Below, piece after piece: positions 12,701 to 28,720 of a stretch of 64,000 nucleotides of DNA (its first letter is position 1; each line of letters opens with the position of its first letter). Made by a program: the position numbers and the translations under genes. Below the pieces are notes generated by a model. It was not told the DNA's origin, searched no databases, and saw only the letters and a list, made by a program, of their open reading frames with translations. Location: NCBI RefSeq assembly GCF_009914755.1, contig NC_060937.1. One strand, 5' to 3'. The DNA is from the human T2T-CHM13v2.0 reference genome, Homo sapiens.

Positions 12701-14809
12701 CAAACTCTGACTGACATTCTTTCCTCAACTTGGTCTATTCTGTTATTAATGCTTCTAATAGCATTATGAAATTTCTGTGTGAATTTTTTATTTCCAGAAG
12801 TTTAGTTTGGTACTTTCTTAAAATGGTTATGTTGTCTTTCATCTCCTGGTTTGTTTCACTGCATTGCTTTAATTGGGTTTCAGTTGTCTCCTGTATCTCA
12901 TTAAGCTTCCTTGCCATCCAGTTTCTGAATTCCCTGTCATTTCAGCTATTTTAGCATGTTTAAGAACCATTACTGGAGAGCTAGTGTGGTTATTTGAAGG
13001 TAAGTAGACACTCTGGCTTTTAGAGTTGCCAGAATTCTTGCACTGGTTCTTTCTCATATGTATGGCCTTACGATCCTTTAATGTTTAAAGATGCTCTCTT
13101 TTGGATGGTCATTTTGCTTTTATATTCTTTTTTGCCTTCAGGGTTTGATTTGTGGAATAAGTTGGGTTTAGTCAATTGGCTTCGGTCCTGGATGCTTTGA
13201 GGGGGTCAAGGCTCAGTCCAGCATTTCTTGTGCTGTGTAATCTAACTCTGGGCAATTGAGACCTGGACCATGGCTTTGTTCTCTTGCCCCTCAATGCAAA
13301 GTACATCCTGCACTAGAGGACCTAACAGGTTCCAAGTTCAATGGCTACAATACTTTCAACGGGGATGCTGGTGAAAGTGCTGCAGTATGGTGGTGGTGGG
13401 GTTGTGGGAGAGTGTGCTGTGGTGGGGTAGGAGCACACACATAAAAGAGTGTGCTCCAGAAGGGTAGTAAGTGTCCCTATGTGCATGCATGCTGGCAGAG
13501 TAGTGGTGGACAAGTGCATACCAGCAGGGGAAGGCTACAGGTGGGTGTGCATTGGTGGAGGTCCAGCTGAAAAAGCTCTCTGATGGGTAGGCAGGGGCTC
13601 CTGGCCAGAGAGCTATGTTGGTGGCCACTAGCCAGTGTTTTTCTGGGGCAGCAGAGGTTACACGGCAAGTAGGACCCTGGAAGAAGCCCACGGACAGAGG
13701 TGTGTTCAGATCATCCTGATCCTGTCCTATGGGCGAGACAACCTTCTCTCTCCAGGTCTGGCTGTTAATAATAGCTAAAACCACATAGATAAATACAGTG
13801 AACCTTGGGGGATGGGTGCCCATGCCCATGCTCCAATGCAGTTGTTCCCATGCCAAACCCTCAGGACTCCACACATACTGGAGTTCTGTATGTTCCAAAT
13901 CTCTGAGGTGTTCTTTCTGCCAAATAAAATATTTGTGGAGGCCATGGGGTCTCCCATAGCTAGGATACTCAAGGTCCATGGTGAGTGTCTACCACTCCAA
14001 ACCTATTTCCCTCACCCCTTCCCTAGGAGTTGCTTGGGGCCAAGCACAAGTTCTGGTGCTTAGCAATCCGGCACAGGGTTCCCAGCTTCCTCTCATTTGA
14101 GCCCTGGGTCTCTGTCCTTTCTGTATCCACTTTTAATGCCTTCTTTCCCAAGATCTGTTCAGAGTATGCTGGTCTACTTGATGATCTGGTCTCTCTTTGT
14201 GGGAGAAACTCTTCCTGGCTGTGTCTAGTTGGCCCTCATGACTCTTACAATATGACCTTTTTAAAAATTATATCTAGCTTTCAAATAAATAATTATTCTT
14301 AACTTTTATGCATTTGATATCATATGAAAAAGATTGTGAAGGAAGGCATGTCTCCCTGTAGTCATTATCAAGTAATTTACTAAGAAAAAAATTCATAATA
14401 TCTCCATGGAAGAATATATTTAAATGATACAAAGTGAAACTGTCCTGTATACTACTGCTATTATAAATATGCTCTACAGATAGGTTTTGATACTTGAACT
14501 GATAATTCTGTACTATAAGTACAGAAATTGAGACTAAGCTTTTAAGAACAATTGTCTTAACATAGTGATTTTTGTATGTTGTATCTAATGATAATAATAA
14601 TTGTGTTTGCATTTTGTACATCTATAATATTTTAATGTAATTTTTTAGTAATTATATATTTACATGTTTTGTTCATGATGGATTAGAAATTTATATAAAA
14701 CCCAAAACAAATAAAAACAAAATAAAAACCAAAAAACTATTACTTTACCACAGAGTGAATATCACACAAAATAAAATTCACATAAAATTCCATATAAAAT
14801 TTGCATAAA

Positions 14810-16058
14810 ATATGAATCCTAGCCCTATGTCACCTATGCACAAAAATTAACTTGAAATTGATGATAAATTTAACTATAGGAATTAAAACTGTACAAATTT
14901 ACAAGAAAATAGGAGAAAATCACAATGACCTTGGGTTTGGCAATGTTTCTTAAATCAAATACAAAAAGCAAAACATAGAAAGTATGGATAAATTCTACAT
15001 GATCAAAATTTAAAACTTTTACTCTTAAATAGAAAGTTTTTAGAAAATTAAAAAGAAAGTTACATTGTGAGGAAAAAGATTTGCAGAAGTTATGTGACAA
15101 AGGAGTTGTAACCTGAATATAAAAACAATGTGTATGACTCAATAATAAGACAAAAAATCAAATCAAACAAACTGCAAAAAATTTGTCCATGCTATACCAA
15201 AGAAGATATGTGTGTAATAAATAATCACTTGACAAGAAGCCAAAAAGTTAATAATTAGGGAGATACAAATATAAATTATAAGTAATTTATGTATCTTTAG
15301 TAATTAGGGAGATACAAATTAAAATGTGATGTCACTACATATTCCTAAAATGGTTATAATGAAAAACACATAAAATAACTAGCATTAGAGAGTGTGGAGA
15401 AATGAGAACTCTTCTACATTAGTCATTGAAAATCAAAACAGTACAGCTACTTTAGAAAAAAAGACTCACAGCTTTTTGTATTACTTTGTGTTGTTTTGTT
15501 TTGTTTTAATAAACTTTAACATATACTTACCATATGACCCACCAATTACACTACTGTGAATACACTAAAGAAAAAGAAACCTAATTCCACACAATTATAT
15601 CAACTTTATTTATAATAAGCATGAACTGGAAACACACTAAATGTGTGTAAATTTGTGCATTATTAAATTATGTTTTATTGATCCAATGGAACTAAACTCT
15701 GCAATATAAAGAAGTGGATTACTGACATATCAACAATATGAATGTATCTCAAAAGTACAATGCTAAATGAAAAAGGACAGGTATTTGAAAAAGACATACA
15801 TACTGTATAATTCCATTTTTATTCTAGAGAAGAAAAACTATAGTGAGAGACTGAAAATAAGTGGTCAAGGTATTAAGAAAGGGACTTGAATGCCAAGAGA
15901 CAGGCCTGAACACTTTTGGTAGTGGAAATATTCTATTTCATAATTTTGCTGATATGATTACATGACTGTATACATCTGTCAAAAAGTATCAAACTTATAA
16001 TGAATATTGTTGAATTTTGTTTGTTAAGTGTTCCTCTATAAAGCTAACAGAAAAAAAA
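14810..16058 (+). mobile_element. L1ME/L1MD-type ORF2 end and 3' UTR
   Basis: cacaaaaattaacttgaaa, gtgtggagaaatgagaactc, cttaccatatgacccaccaatt, tactgtataattccattt, terminal ataaagct plus A-tract. Confidence 0.8.
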
Positions 16059-17746
16059 TAGCCTGATAATAGGGCTAGAATTATAGATTTGACCATCATT
16101 TGAATGGATGTAAAAGGGCTAAATTTCAGAACTCATTTATATAGTGCATGAATAGAAAGTTTAGGTACCAACTTTTAACTATAGGCTTTTTAAGACAAAA
16201 ACCTAGATAGATCATATGAGCTATCAGAGTCATTGAATAAGAAAATCTTCTAACTTTCCGTAACTTTAACCACAGCCATCCACAGTCTCTCTGCTATCAA
16301 AATTGTGAAGCTTTCATAATTTTAATAGAATGAAGCTAAGATATTTTTAAAAATCTGCCCAAATACAAATAAAGGCTATATTTATGGTGGTAAACAGAGT
16401 TATCAGCACATATTTAGATATATTAACTGCAAATTCACTGTTCTGAGACTGTTGAAGGCTTGAATCGTATCTTAAAAATGATACAAGAGGCACAAAATGA
16501 TTATCTCTAGTGGGAGTTTTCTGTAAGCATGCATAGTAAAGAGGGCTCAGAATATCAACTACCAATAGCTGGAAAATGGGTTGTGAAAAAAAGTGTTGGG
16601 TATTTATTTTAAATTCTAGCTCAGTATTAGGACTGATATTAATAGAGTTCTTTGTATGGAACTAGGGCACAGGTGGGTTGAAAAAAGCGTGGGATGGATA
16701 ATAAGACAATAAACACTAAAGCTTTTACTAAGACATATTAATTTTAAATTTTTCAATGCTTTTCCAACTTCCAGGAAGCTATTTGTGCTATAAAATATTT
16801 CTACTGTTTGAATTAATTAATTAATTCCATTTTTTTCTCCCTTGGATTTCCACATTTTAGGAAATGATTTATAGCTGAAGTTTGACCGACTTTGAGTGAA
16901 ACTTTTCTAATGCCCCAGAATGAAATTTTAGCAGTCTGGTAGAACGTTTCTTGTCAATGTTTAAAGAATAAGCATTCATAGGTAAACAAACTGTTCTTTC
17001 CATTCATGCAAGTAATATAACAGAAACAGTAGAAACCTGTGAGGTTAAACTTATGAAGACATACTGATATCTGAGCCCCAGAGAATGTATTTACTGGTGA
17101 CTAAAAGGAATATTATCTTGATTATTTGTAGAATTTATCTTATCCAAACCTATGTCTCTCTTTTTTGCTTTCGGTAGGGAAACTATATATATGTTCAAAG
17201 TCTCACTCTCTTAAAAATTTCTCCTCAGAGGCTAAGACATGAGGGAGATGCTTCTTTGCTATGCATATATTCATCACAGGAGAGATGTGTCTTTTTGAGC
17301 ATGAAGTTGTGTGTCGGACCAATAATGTGAAACTTTTGCTTTTATGCTTGAATTAAAATATTGCTCTGGGCTCTTATCCCACTCAACAAAGCTCAGACTT
17401 TTATTTGGTATCATTTTTATTGCTGCTCTGCAAGTTCTATTTTATTCTTGAATAAGGAAGTCATGCTGTGAAGTAAAGGCTCTGTTCACTTTAAAGTACC
17501 TAAAGCCCTTGGAAAATGGCTTTAAACCTTGTTCTGCATCAGCTGAGCATGGTGAAATTTATATAATTGTCAAAGTCATGGATTTCACCTTAAACTCTAA
17601 ACAAACCAACAGAGTTCCAGAAATAACCCCACAATTTTTTTCCTCGTATATTCTGCTTTTTTATACTTAACGTAGTGTTTATAAGACCCTTCATGGTAAG
17701 AAAATGGTCATTTAATTTATGTTATTTGAGAAGCACCAGGAAGTTT

Positions 17747-19062
<1,316 letters not shown>

Positions 19063-20049
19063 TCATGAAAAAAAAGTCTTTATAGGTATTGACCAATTAC
19101 AAGAATATAAACTGTAGTAGTTAAAAGCTGCATGCCTTCTGTAAAAGTCTGTGTAATATTTAATGACTATAACCACAGAGAACATCCCAGTATTAATTTG
19201 CATGTTAATGCCTACAAAGGCATATTAGCATAATTTTTATACATCCTTGTTGGAGTGTATGTGTTGATATTTATGCAATGTTTTTTTCACTTTTGCTTTC
19301 ACTTTCTTTAAAACTGCATGCATTTATTCTCTGTAATTTTATTTCTTCTCCACTGGATCACTTCCCAAATATAATTTTTTTCATGGCCTTAGATTTCTAT
19401 ATAATTTTGGTCATAAACTTTATTTCCTTCCAATTCTCCATTCCAATAATTCTGCCTTTCTCACTGCCACTCTATCCATGAAATTCTTATTCCTGGTAAT
19501 CCACCCAGTTGGGATCCATGCATTCTCCTCTATTTACTTTTTGATGTCGCTCATTTTAGGAAAGTAGGCTGCCATCTCTGTCATCCCCATTCTATACAAA
19601 TTTAACATTTTAATCAAGCTCATTATATGTATGTCAAAAAATAATGCTATAGGAAGTATGAGAATCCATTGCCCTAGTTCACTTCTGGTTCTGATTTAGT
19701 AGCGATAATTCTTTTCTAGCAGGGGCCAAGGTGAGTCACAGCTCAAGTTATTGCTAGCCTTATTCTTCATCCTCTTTGATTTTTTTTTTTTTCTGTTAAG
19801 GCTAAGCAGTTTTCATCCTTTGCTTTTATTTGACTGTACGTTTCAGAACAAGTGAAAGGTCACTCAGACATTATCTCTATACTTGACATTTCCCTGATTC
19901 TTTTTATTCTCTTCCTCTTCCCTACACCCTTTCCCTTCCATGCAGTATGCTCATGTTCCTTCTCAAAATTTTCTCAGAAGTTTTTTTTTTCCCCCACTGT
20001 ATCAGGGAATAAAGGATGTATCTAGCAGTTATCTTTTTCTTGTATTGGA

Positions 20050-21100
20050 AAATGTAAAGAAGAAATGAGGGTACCCTCATTTGATCATCAAAATATTGTC
20101 TTATTTCTCTTATCTTTTATATCTAAGCTTCTTAAGTAAGTGTTCTTTGTCAGCTCCCATTTCTCATTGCATATTCCCTCTGTAGTCTTCTAGAATTTGA
20201 TTTCCTTTCCAATAACCACATTTAAATTATTCCATAACTTTGCCTGTAATTTTCTCCCAAAATGCACTGCTTTATTTTCTTTCATCTTTAAAATTGTTAA
20301 TTCCTGACTATCCTTCTCACATCACCTTTCTTGACTTCTGTGATACTGTTTGCATTTTCCTCCATCTAGCTTCCTTTCTTCCCTTCATCAGAGTCTGTCA
20401 TTTCTCTTACCCTGTTTTAAGAATCTCTATTTTTATTAATTAGTGAATAACTACATAATTTACATCTTCAGCACAGATCACTTGTTAATTATTATTATTG
20501 TCTTGTACCTTCTCTGATAGAAATGCATTTATTCTCTTTTTCATCTCAATGAAGTTACTCCTGCATTTCTCCATCTCTGTTAGCATCCCCTGTACTTACC
20601 ACTTAGTACATTTCTGATATTGTACTGTTTTCATTCAATTGCCCTTTTGGCACACTCCCTTTTCTATATTCAGCTAAAAAATCATATTTTATTTCTCTTC
20701 AAATCTTTATGATTTAACTCATTGCTTGTATTTCCACAACTACTGCATTATAGCAAGCAAACTTCTTCTCATCTATGTACTACTCTATTAGCTTTCTTCA
20801 TTTTTTCAATTGATTCTATATGAAGATGCCAGAATAACAAATATCAAGTAGCAATATCATGTTATCACAATAGTCAATAACCATCTTATTATTTTCTATG
20901 ATATCAAAACCAGTCTTCTTTGAGGAGTCAACACTCTGTTACATATTCATTTACATTTTAAACTTTAACTAAAGATCAAATATGACTGAGAAAATATTTG
21001 TCTTCTCCTTCCATCCTATTACTTGTTCTTATCCACAAACCAATAATATGTCTTCTTTACTCTCTTGACAATAAAAAATCACATTCAAAATGTACTTCTC
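20050..21100 (+). mobile_element. Highly diverged L2 fragment
   Basis: Pyrimidine-rich; cttgacttctgtgatactg and ccacaactactgcattatagcaagcaaacttcttctcatctatgtactac resemble L2. Confidence 0.5.
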
Positions 21101-21834
21101 GAAATCCTAAAATCATGACACTTTCATAATTTCTAATTTCATCTCCTTTCAGTTCCTATATGCATAGATGTATAAAATATTTCATCTCCATATGTTTTTA
21201 TAACTAATGTATTGTTCCTACCTAAATCCCCATAAGATAATTGCTTATAATGACTTAAAAACTTAATGTTTATTCATTTGGAAAGGAAAGACTTTATAGG
21301 TTTATCATATAGGATTCTTTTCTAAGTCATATATAGGATTATTTATTTTTAATAATCATTAAATAAGTAATAATGCTGACATATTTTTTCTTCCTGAATT
21401 TCAACTTTCAGTATTCTTGCTGCTTCAGAATAAGGAGGTATTTTGGAATGCAGTCTCATCTTGTTGCTTAACCTCAACATACATGCAGAAATATGGTCAT
21501 TATAAACATATTGGGAAGTAGGAGTTCACCTACTGAAATTTTTCTCTTTACAGACTTGCAAATTTTTGAAAGGTATGTTATATAAAAAACTGAGCTAATT
21601 CTGTTTATACAATATGCTTTCTGAGGAAAAAACCTTTTATTTTGATTAAAAAATTAAAAATCTTTGGAAGGGAGAAGCTAATCAAGTTTATATAGGCAAC
21701 GTAAGAATATACTGCTTCCAAAATTAACTTCAAATATGCAGTAATAATTTTTGTTTACATGTTTAGAATTAAATAAGTTAAAGTATCATATCTACTTACT
21801 AAAAGGTAATATTTTTGATATATTTTTAAAGTAC

Positions 21835-22112
21835 TCTAAGTTAAGTAACTCAGGAATGGAAAATCTAGTATCTTATGTTCTCACTTAAAAGTGGGAGCTA
21901 AGCTATGAGGATGCAAAGGCATAAGAATGATATAATGAACTTTGGGGAGCCAGGAGGAAGACTGAGAGTAGGGTGAGAATAAAAGACTACATATTGGGTA
22001 CAATGTTCACTGCTCAGATGATGGGTGCATGGGAATCTCAGAAAGCACCGCTGAAGAACTTATCCATGTAACCAAAAAGCACCTATTTCTCAAAAACTAT
22101 TGAAATAAAAAA
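21835..22112 (+). mobile_element. L1PB-type 3' end
   Basis: aagtaactcaggaatggaaa...agctatgaggatgcaaaggcataagaatg...aactattgaaataaaa; TSD aaagtac at 21828-21834 and 22110-22116. Confidence 0.9.
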
Positions 22113-23426
22113 GTACAGTCTGTGATTTATGCTAACAAATGTAAGACTCTCTCATACTTTGTGGTACATTAACAAATCTAATTTCATCCTTTCATTAGAA
22201 AGTTATTCTCATTTTCTATTAAAAAGACTTTTTTTACATTAATTACTAACTGATCCCATCCTCTCCACTAATAACCAATATATAACCTCAGATTCTAGTT
22301 CACCACATTACACACTTTGATATTGCAGCTTTTACTCCTTTGGAATTGTGTAATTGGGCATCGAATAAAATAGGCATCACTTGTTTTATAATGGAAATAT
22401 TCTCTTCCCATGCTTAAGAAAAAAAAAAGCACATGCTATCAAAATATCAAAAAACATGACCAGTTTCAGTTTCCTAAGGCATTTATGATTTACAAAGATT
22501 CATTATTCTGTTTACTTAAGAACATTGCTAACAACTTTTTCTATTTTAGCTGCTACTCTTAGAGTACTGTCTGATAAATAGTTGAAAAACCTCCTACAAC
22601 AGGGTAATGAATGAAAGGAATACTTCCTGTGGTATGAATGACTTTAAAGGAACATTTTGAATATAAGTGGATTTTTGAAATTTTAGCCCATTGTACCACA
22701 TTATTTCCTAGTACATATGATGTGGGAAAGAAGTATTTGCATCAATTATGCTGTACACAAATTATCAAATAATAAGGCTTTAGTTTAATACAAGTCATAC
22801 ACTCTTCAAATAGGAATTATTACCTTAGAAATTATCTTTATGGTGTATTCCATTACCACAAATCTCTTGTTTAAAGTTCAAGGAAATATTTAAATATTAC
22901 ATACCTTTTGGTACAATACTTACAGATCCAGGGATATTTGAGTCCTAAGGAATAAGGAGTAGTAATTCCCTAGTTATCACCAAAAATATGATGGCAAGTC
23001 TCTGACTAACTTTGCCTCGTTCTTTTTTTTCTCTGCTTATGCATCTAAGCATATATCCATCGTTTGGGCCAGTTAGCATAAGCACCAGGAGTTAAGTCTT
23101 CTAATTGAAGAACCAATGAGGAAAATGCATTTTTATACTCTTGTAGGTATTCATGCTGTTTCTACACACACAGACACACACACAGAGATATTTTATAGTG
23201 AGGATATGGGCACTTAATACTATGCTTGTCATTAACTGCACACTCAATCAATTTTAATATATGTGTGTTTTAATTTCTTCCTGTCTAAATATTATTTTCC
23301 CCTAGCAATGATTCCTATAAAAATGAGTGTTATTAACTTGAAAATGTAGCAATATAAGTAAAAAGCTATGGGCTAATTAGTAATTAAACAGTAGTCTCTG
23401 TAGCCAGTTTAACTAGGAAAATGCTT

Positions 23427-23909
23427 GTATCAGTTTGCTTTTGCTGTATAACAAAACACCAGTACTGAATGGGTAAAAACCATCATCATTTATTTAGTTT
23501 GAAACCTTGTGGGCAGTAAGTGGACTAGGTTTAAATGAGCAGAGCTTCATCTCTCGTGGATGCACTTACGGGCCTACCATCAGCAGCCAGCCAACTGGCC
23601 ATCTCTGCTTCTCTGGGTTGATTGACTTAAAAGTCAATCAGCTGGGGAGACACAAGAACCTGGGCCATATGCTACCCTGCAGCCTAAACTGGGCTTGCTC
23701 ACATAGCAACTCAAAATTAAAAGAGCAACAAGCTAAACCTTAATTCATGAGCATTTTCAAGTTTCTGCTTTTGTCACATGTGCTAATTTTTTCATTATCC
23801 AAAGCAAGTTACATTGCCAAGACAAGAATGAATGAGGAAGGATCTATCAAAGGAGGAATGTAGGGAGGGACAAAATTACTGGAGACTCTTTCTGCAATAA
23901 TCTACCATA
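23427..23909 (-). mobile_element. MLT1G/H-type solo LTR
   Basis: tgtatcagtttgcttttgctgtataacaaaacacc...ccaaagcaagttacattgccaag...gcaataatctaccata. Confidence 0.75.
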
Positions 23910-24544
23910 TGGGTAATGATAAATGGCGTGTTATAAAAAGTGGAGTTTATTTTAAATTTTAAGTTTAAACATGAAGATTTCCTTTTTCTGTAGAAGGGTA
24001 TTAAACTTCCCTCCTTTCCCAGAGGAACCCTAATATGCTGGAGAGTATATAACATCCTAATAATCTCTCAGTTTTTAGGTTAAAGAGGTAGAAAACTAAT
24101 AATAACTATCTGGGATGAGTAATACAGGATGAGAAAGAAAACAACCACTAAAAAAATGTTTGAGTCGCCAGAATAGATGTATGTAAGTCACAGGCAGGAA
24201 TCTGGATGGGCTTTTAATGAAAGGAACCTGAATATTGATATCACAAGCAACTTTGTAAACATCACAGTGTTTCCCTACAATATATTTTGTATCACTTTCA
24301 TAATTGAGAATAATTTAACTAAATTTTCATAAGTCTTATAGTCTTTTTGTAAAATTGCAAGTAAAAAAACCTAAGTATTATTACATTTAGATACCTGGGG
24401 TCTGGACCTCTCTTGAATTTTATAATTGAGATTAGGCTAAAAGCATAAGAGAAGCCAGGCAAATTTTCCTTTCTACAGAATATCCAGCTTATATTATGTT
24501 GTATAGTAAAAAGAAATGCCATATAACCTATTACTAGTTTCATA

Positions 24545-24690
24545 CCCTGGCCCTAGCTGCGTAAATTTAAGCAAGATAGATTCTCTTTAACCATCAGTTT
24601 CTTCATTAAATGGTAATACAAATATCTATCTCCAAGGTCATTTTAAAGTTTAGATAATGTCACATGTAAAAAGGACTAAGCACTCAATTG
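24545..24690 (+). mobile_element. MIR fragment
   Basis: Core catcagtttcttcattaaatggtaata. Confidence 0.6.
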
Positions 24691-25117
24691 ATTTATCTGC
24701 AATTGGGAAAATGCACTATGAGAGTCTGATAAGAGAGCTATCACATAATCTCTATCAAATGCTACTGAACTCTCCATTGCTCTCTCAAGAGAAGCCTTTT
24801 TAGATGAGAAAATCAGACTAGTACATGTAGTGTTATTTCATCTTCTTCAAACCCCATCTCACAAAACTATCTTGAGGAAAAAGTCAATCAAATTTTATAA
24901 AAGGATTGTAGTTTAAGGCATTGTAATGTTAATGCATTCTCAGTACCAATTAAATCTGCTCATTAACAAATATAAATATTTGTTAAGAAATGCTTTTTTG
25001 TTTAATTTGGAGTAAGGAGAAACATAGAATGGCATTGAACGGAACAGAGAGAGAAGTAAAATTGAGAAACGGAGATACAAATGTATGTATATTTTTAGTA
25101 TTTTTGTTTTCTGATTT

Positions 25118-25284
25118 TTATTTATTTATTTTTTTAAGAGACAGCATCTTGCTCTGTTGCCCAGGATGGAGTGCAGTGGCATGATTATAACTCACTGCAG
25201 TACCTAATTCCTGGGCTGAAGCCATCCTCCTGCCTAAGACTCCCAAAGCTCTGGAATTACAGGCGTGAGCCAGTACACCCAGCC
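25118..25284 (-). mobile_element. Alu monomer (FRAM-like or arm-recombined AluJ)
   Basis: Single ~150-bp arm: gagacagcatcttgctctg...catgattataactcactgcag...aggcgtgagccagtacacccagcc. Confidence 0.9.
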
Positions 25285-25449
25285 TAGAATTTTTTTAGTG
25301 TTTTTAATTTTACTGTTCAAAGATAGTTTTCAACAATGATACAATGGCAGAAGCTCATGCCAGATAGCTGCACTCATTAGCATCTCTGAATCACATGATA
25401 TACATACTTTTATAAAAAAATGACTAAATGCAAGAATATAATGCTGATT

Positions 25450-26765
25450 CTGAGAAGGTTTTTGAATCAATTAATTAAAGAAAAAGTAACATATGTCGTA
25501 GTTTTTCCTGGAACAGTGAGATTTGAACTGAGAACAGAAAATTGGAATCAGTTGTTTAGGTGAGAGTTGGGATAGCTGGAACAAAACATTCTGACAGAGA
25601 AAGAAAAATGTCCCCAAATTCTTGGGGTTTGAAAGGGCTGGTTGAGGCACTGAATAAAGACAATTTCAGTTAAAGCAAAAGTATAGGAGGGCATCAAGAC
25701 CCAACATAAACTGGAAGAAGACGGATCCAGGCAGTGAAAGGCCTTGTGGATTAAGTGCATAGGTGCATCCTTTAATCTAATAGCAAAAGGCTTTAAGCAA
25801 GGTAAGGACAAGATTGGATTAATGACTTAAGGAGAGCATTCTAAGTGCTGTGTGGAGAAAAAAATTATAATAATACATAAAAGACTCTAGGAAAGCAGAA
25901 GGATTTTATGCTTTCAAGTGTTGTTGAAAAAATGATGCTAGTTGCTATTAAGATGAAAAGAATGAAAAGACCAATTTAGAATCCAACAACTTTGTAACAG
26001 ATTCCATTTGGTGGCTTATGGAGAGAGAGAGGCAACCTCATTATTCTCATATTTCTCGTTTGAGCAACTTAGTGAATTACTGAGATGGGAGAATATGAAG
26101 GAAGTACAGATTTGAGGAAAGAAAATATGGGAATTTGCTTTTGGATATATTCGGTGTGAGTTTTCTTTAAGGAGAACATTGAGCAGAAACTAGAGGCTAA
26201 TCCCAAGACCTGCAATATTTAAACTATAGCCATGAAAAATGACCTGAAAATGGGCCTGAAAGCTAAAAGGAAAATAAGAGGTATAATGTGAAACAAGTCC
26301 AGGAAAGAGCGTGTTTAAAAAGGGATTTCATTTTCAAATGTAATGAAAATTGATAAAGTGTAAAATAACAAGTGAAATGAGAAGTTGCTATTGGACTTAA
26401 TGACAGAAATCAATGGAAGCTCAGAAAGAGTAAGTTGCATAGAGTGTTATAGTCAGACGCCAGAGTGAAGTGGGTTGAAGGGTAGCTGAGGTATGAAGAA
26501 GCAGAGACCCCAATACAGACAATTATCTCATAATACTTCATTACCGTATGGATAAGTGAAATGAGGGGATAATTGGAGAGAGATGTACAGTCAGTACAAA
26601 AATAGGGGTCACTGGCATGATTGAAGTTAATGTGAAATGTCTATTTGCAAAGGGGTATAACGATGTGAGATATTGTACGTTGGAATGATTGTCCCTGAAA
26701 TGGAAGGTAGCCAACTACTGTGATGCAACAGAACCAGAAGGGAGAAAGGCAGATTGAGACACAGA
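25450..26765 (-). mobile_element. L2 fragments
   Basis: Purine-rich antisense L2 motifs: ggctttaagcaaggtaaggacaagatt, tttctcgtttgagcaact, ccagagtgaagtgggttgaag. Confidence 0.6.
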
Positions 26766-26769
26766 ACAA

Positions 26770-28720
26770 GGAAGTTTGCTGCATAGATTGACACTTCTTT
26801 TCAGGAAAGATTTCTCTATAGCATCTGATGCTGTTTCAAAGCATGTTACGCACAGTAGAACATTTTTTCAAAATTGGAGTCAATCATCTTAAACTCTAGT
26901 CCTTCCTTATCAACTAGGTTTAGGTAATATTCTAAATCCTTTATTGTTATTTCAACAATGTTCACAGCATCTTCTTAGGAGTAGATTTTATATCAGGCAA
27001 GCAAGTTTTTTGTTTATCCATAAGAAGAAAATCCTACTTTGTTAAAGTTTTGCTATGAGATTGCAGCAATTCAGTCACATCTTCATGCTCCACTTATAAT
27101 ACTAATTTTCTTATTATTTCCTCCATGTCTGCAGTTACTTCATCCACTGATGTCTTAAACCTCTCAAAGGCCTCCATGAGGGTTGGAATTGACTTCTTTC
27201 AAGCTCCTATAAATGTTGATATTTTGACCTCCTTCTATGAATCCCAAATATTCTTAATGGCATCCCGAATGGTGAATCCTTTCCAGAACTTTGCAATGTA
27301 CTTCACCCAGATTAATCAGAGGAATTACTATCTGTGATAGCTATAACATTTGTAAATGAATTTTTCAAATAATAAGACTTGAAAGTAAAAAATTACACTT
27401 GATCCGTGAGCTGGAAAATTGATGTTATTTAAGCGGGCACGAAAACAACATTACTTTCCATGTACATCTTAATCAGACGTCTTGGGTAACCAGGTGCATT
27501 ATCAATGAGCAGTAATATTTTGAAATACATCTTTTCTGAACAGTAGTTCTCAACAGTGGGCTTAAAACATAGGAAGAGTAAATTTAGCCCAAGGGTTTTT
27601 GGAATAAGAATTGGCTTCTACTTAAAGTCTCCAGTTGCCTTAGCCCTTAACAACAGAATCAACTTCAACTTTGAAGCCACGCATTGACTTCTCCTCTTCA
27701 GCTATGAAAGTCCTTGATGGCATCTCACTCCAATAGAAGGCTATTTTGTCTACATTTAAAATCTGTTGTTTAATGCAGCCACCTTCATCAATGGTCTTAG
27801 CTAGATCTTCTAGCTTCATTTCAGATTCTACCATCAGCACTTTGGGCTTCATCTTGTACTTTCATGTTGTGATGACAGCATCTTTCCTTTTAAACCTCAT
27901 GAATTGACCTTTGCTAATTTTCATCTTTTCTTCTGCAGCCCCCTCACCTCTCTCAGCCTCCATAGAATTAAAGAGAGTTAGGATCATGCTCTGTTTTAGG
28001 CTTTGGCTTAAGGGAATGTTGTGGCTGGTTTGATCTTTTATACAGAGCACTAAAAGTTTATCCATAGCAACAATAAGGCTTTTTTACTGTGTTATTATTT
28101 TCAGATTTACTGATATAACACTTGTAATTTCCTTCACGATCTTTTCCTTCTCATTCATAACTTGGCAACTTGTTTAATGCAAGAGGCCTAGCTTTTGGCC
28201 TGTCTTGGCTTTCAACAATCCCTCCTCTCTAAGCTCAGTCATTTCCAGTTTTCAATTTAAAGAGACAAATGACACTTCCTTTTACATAAATACAGGCTAT
28301 TCTAGGATTGTTAATTGACCTAATTTCAGTATCCATGTGTCTCATGGAATAGGGAGGCCCTAGGAGAGGAACAGAGACAGGAAAATGGCTGATCAGTGAA
28401 GCAGTCAGAACACACACAACATTTCTCAATTATGTTTGCTTTCTTATATGGGTGTGGTTGTAGTGCCCCAAACAATTACAATAGTAACACTAAGGATCAC
28501 TGATCATAGATAACCATAACATATAGTAATAATAAAGAAGTTTGAAATATTGAAAGAAATGCCAAAATGTGACTCAGAGAAACAACGTGAACACATGCTG
28601 CTGGAAAAATGGAGCTGATTGACTTGTTCAATTTGGGATTCCCTTAGACTCTGTATCTGTAGAACACGTAATTTTTTCCAAGTGCAATGAGTGGAAGAAC
28701 AATAAAACAAGGTCTACTTG
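26770..28720 (-). mobile_element. Tigger1 DNA transposon, 5' TIR present, 3' end missing
   Basis: Ends aataaaacaaggtctacttg plus TA (Tigger1 TIR CAGGCATACCTCGTTTTATT); transposase fragments [15 protein letters not shown] and [23 protein letters not shown]. Confidence 0.92.

Noticed and set aside
13356-13979. 207-aa ORF
   Set aside because: Lies in the GC-richer L1 5'UTR with no recognisable domain
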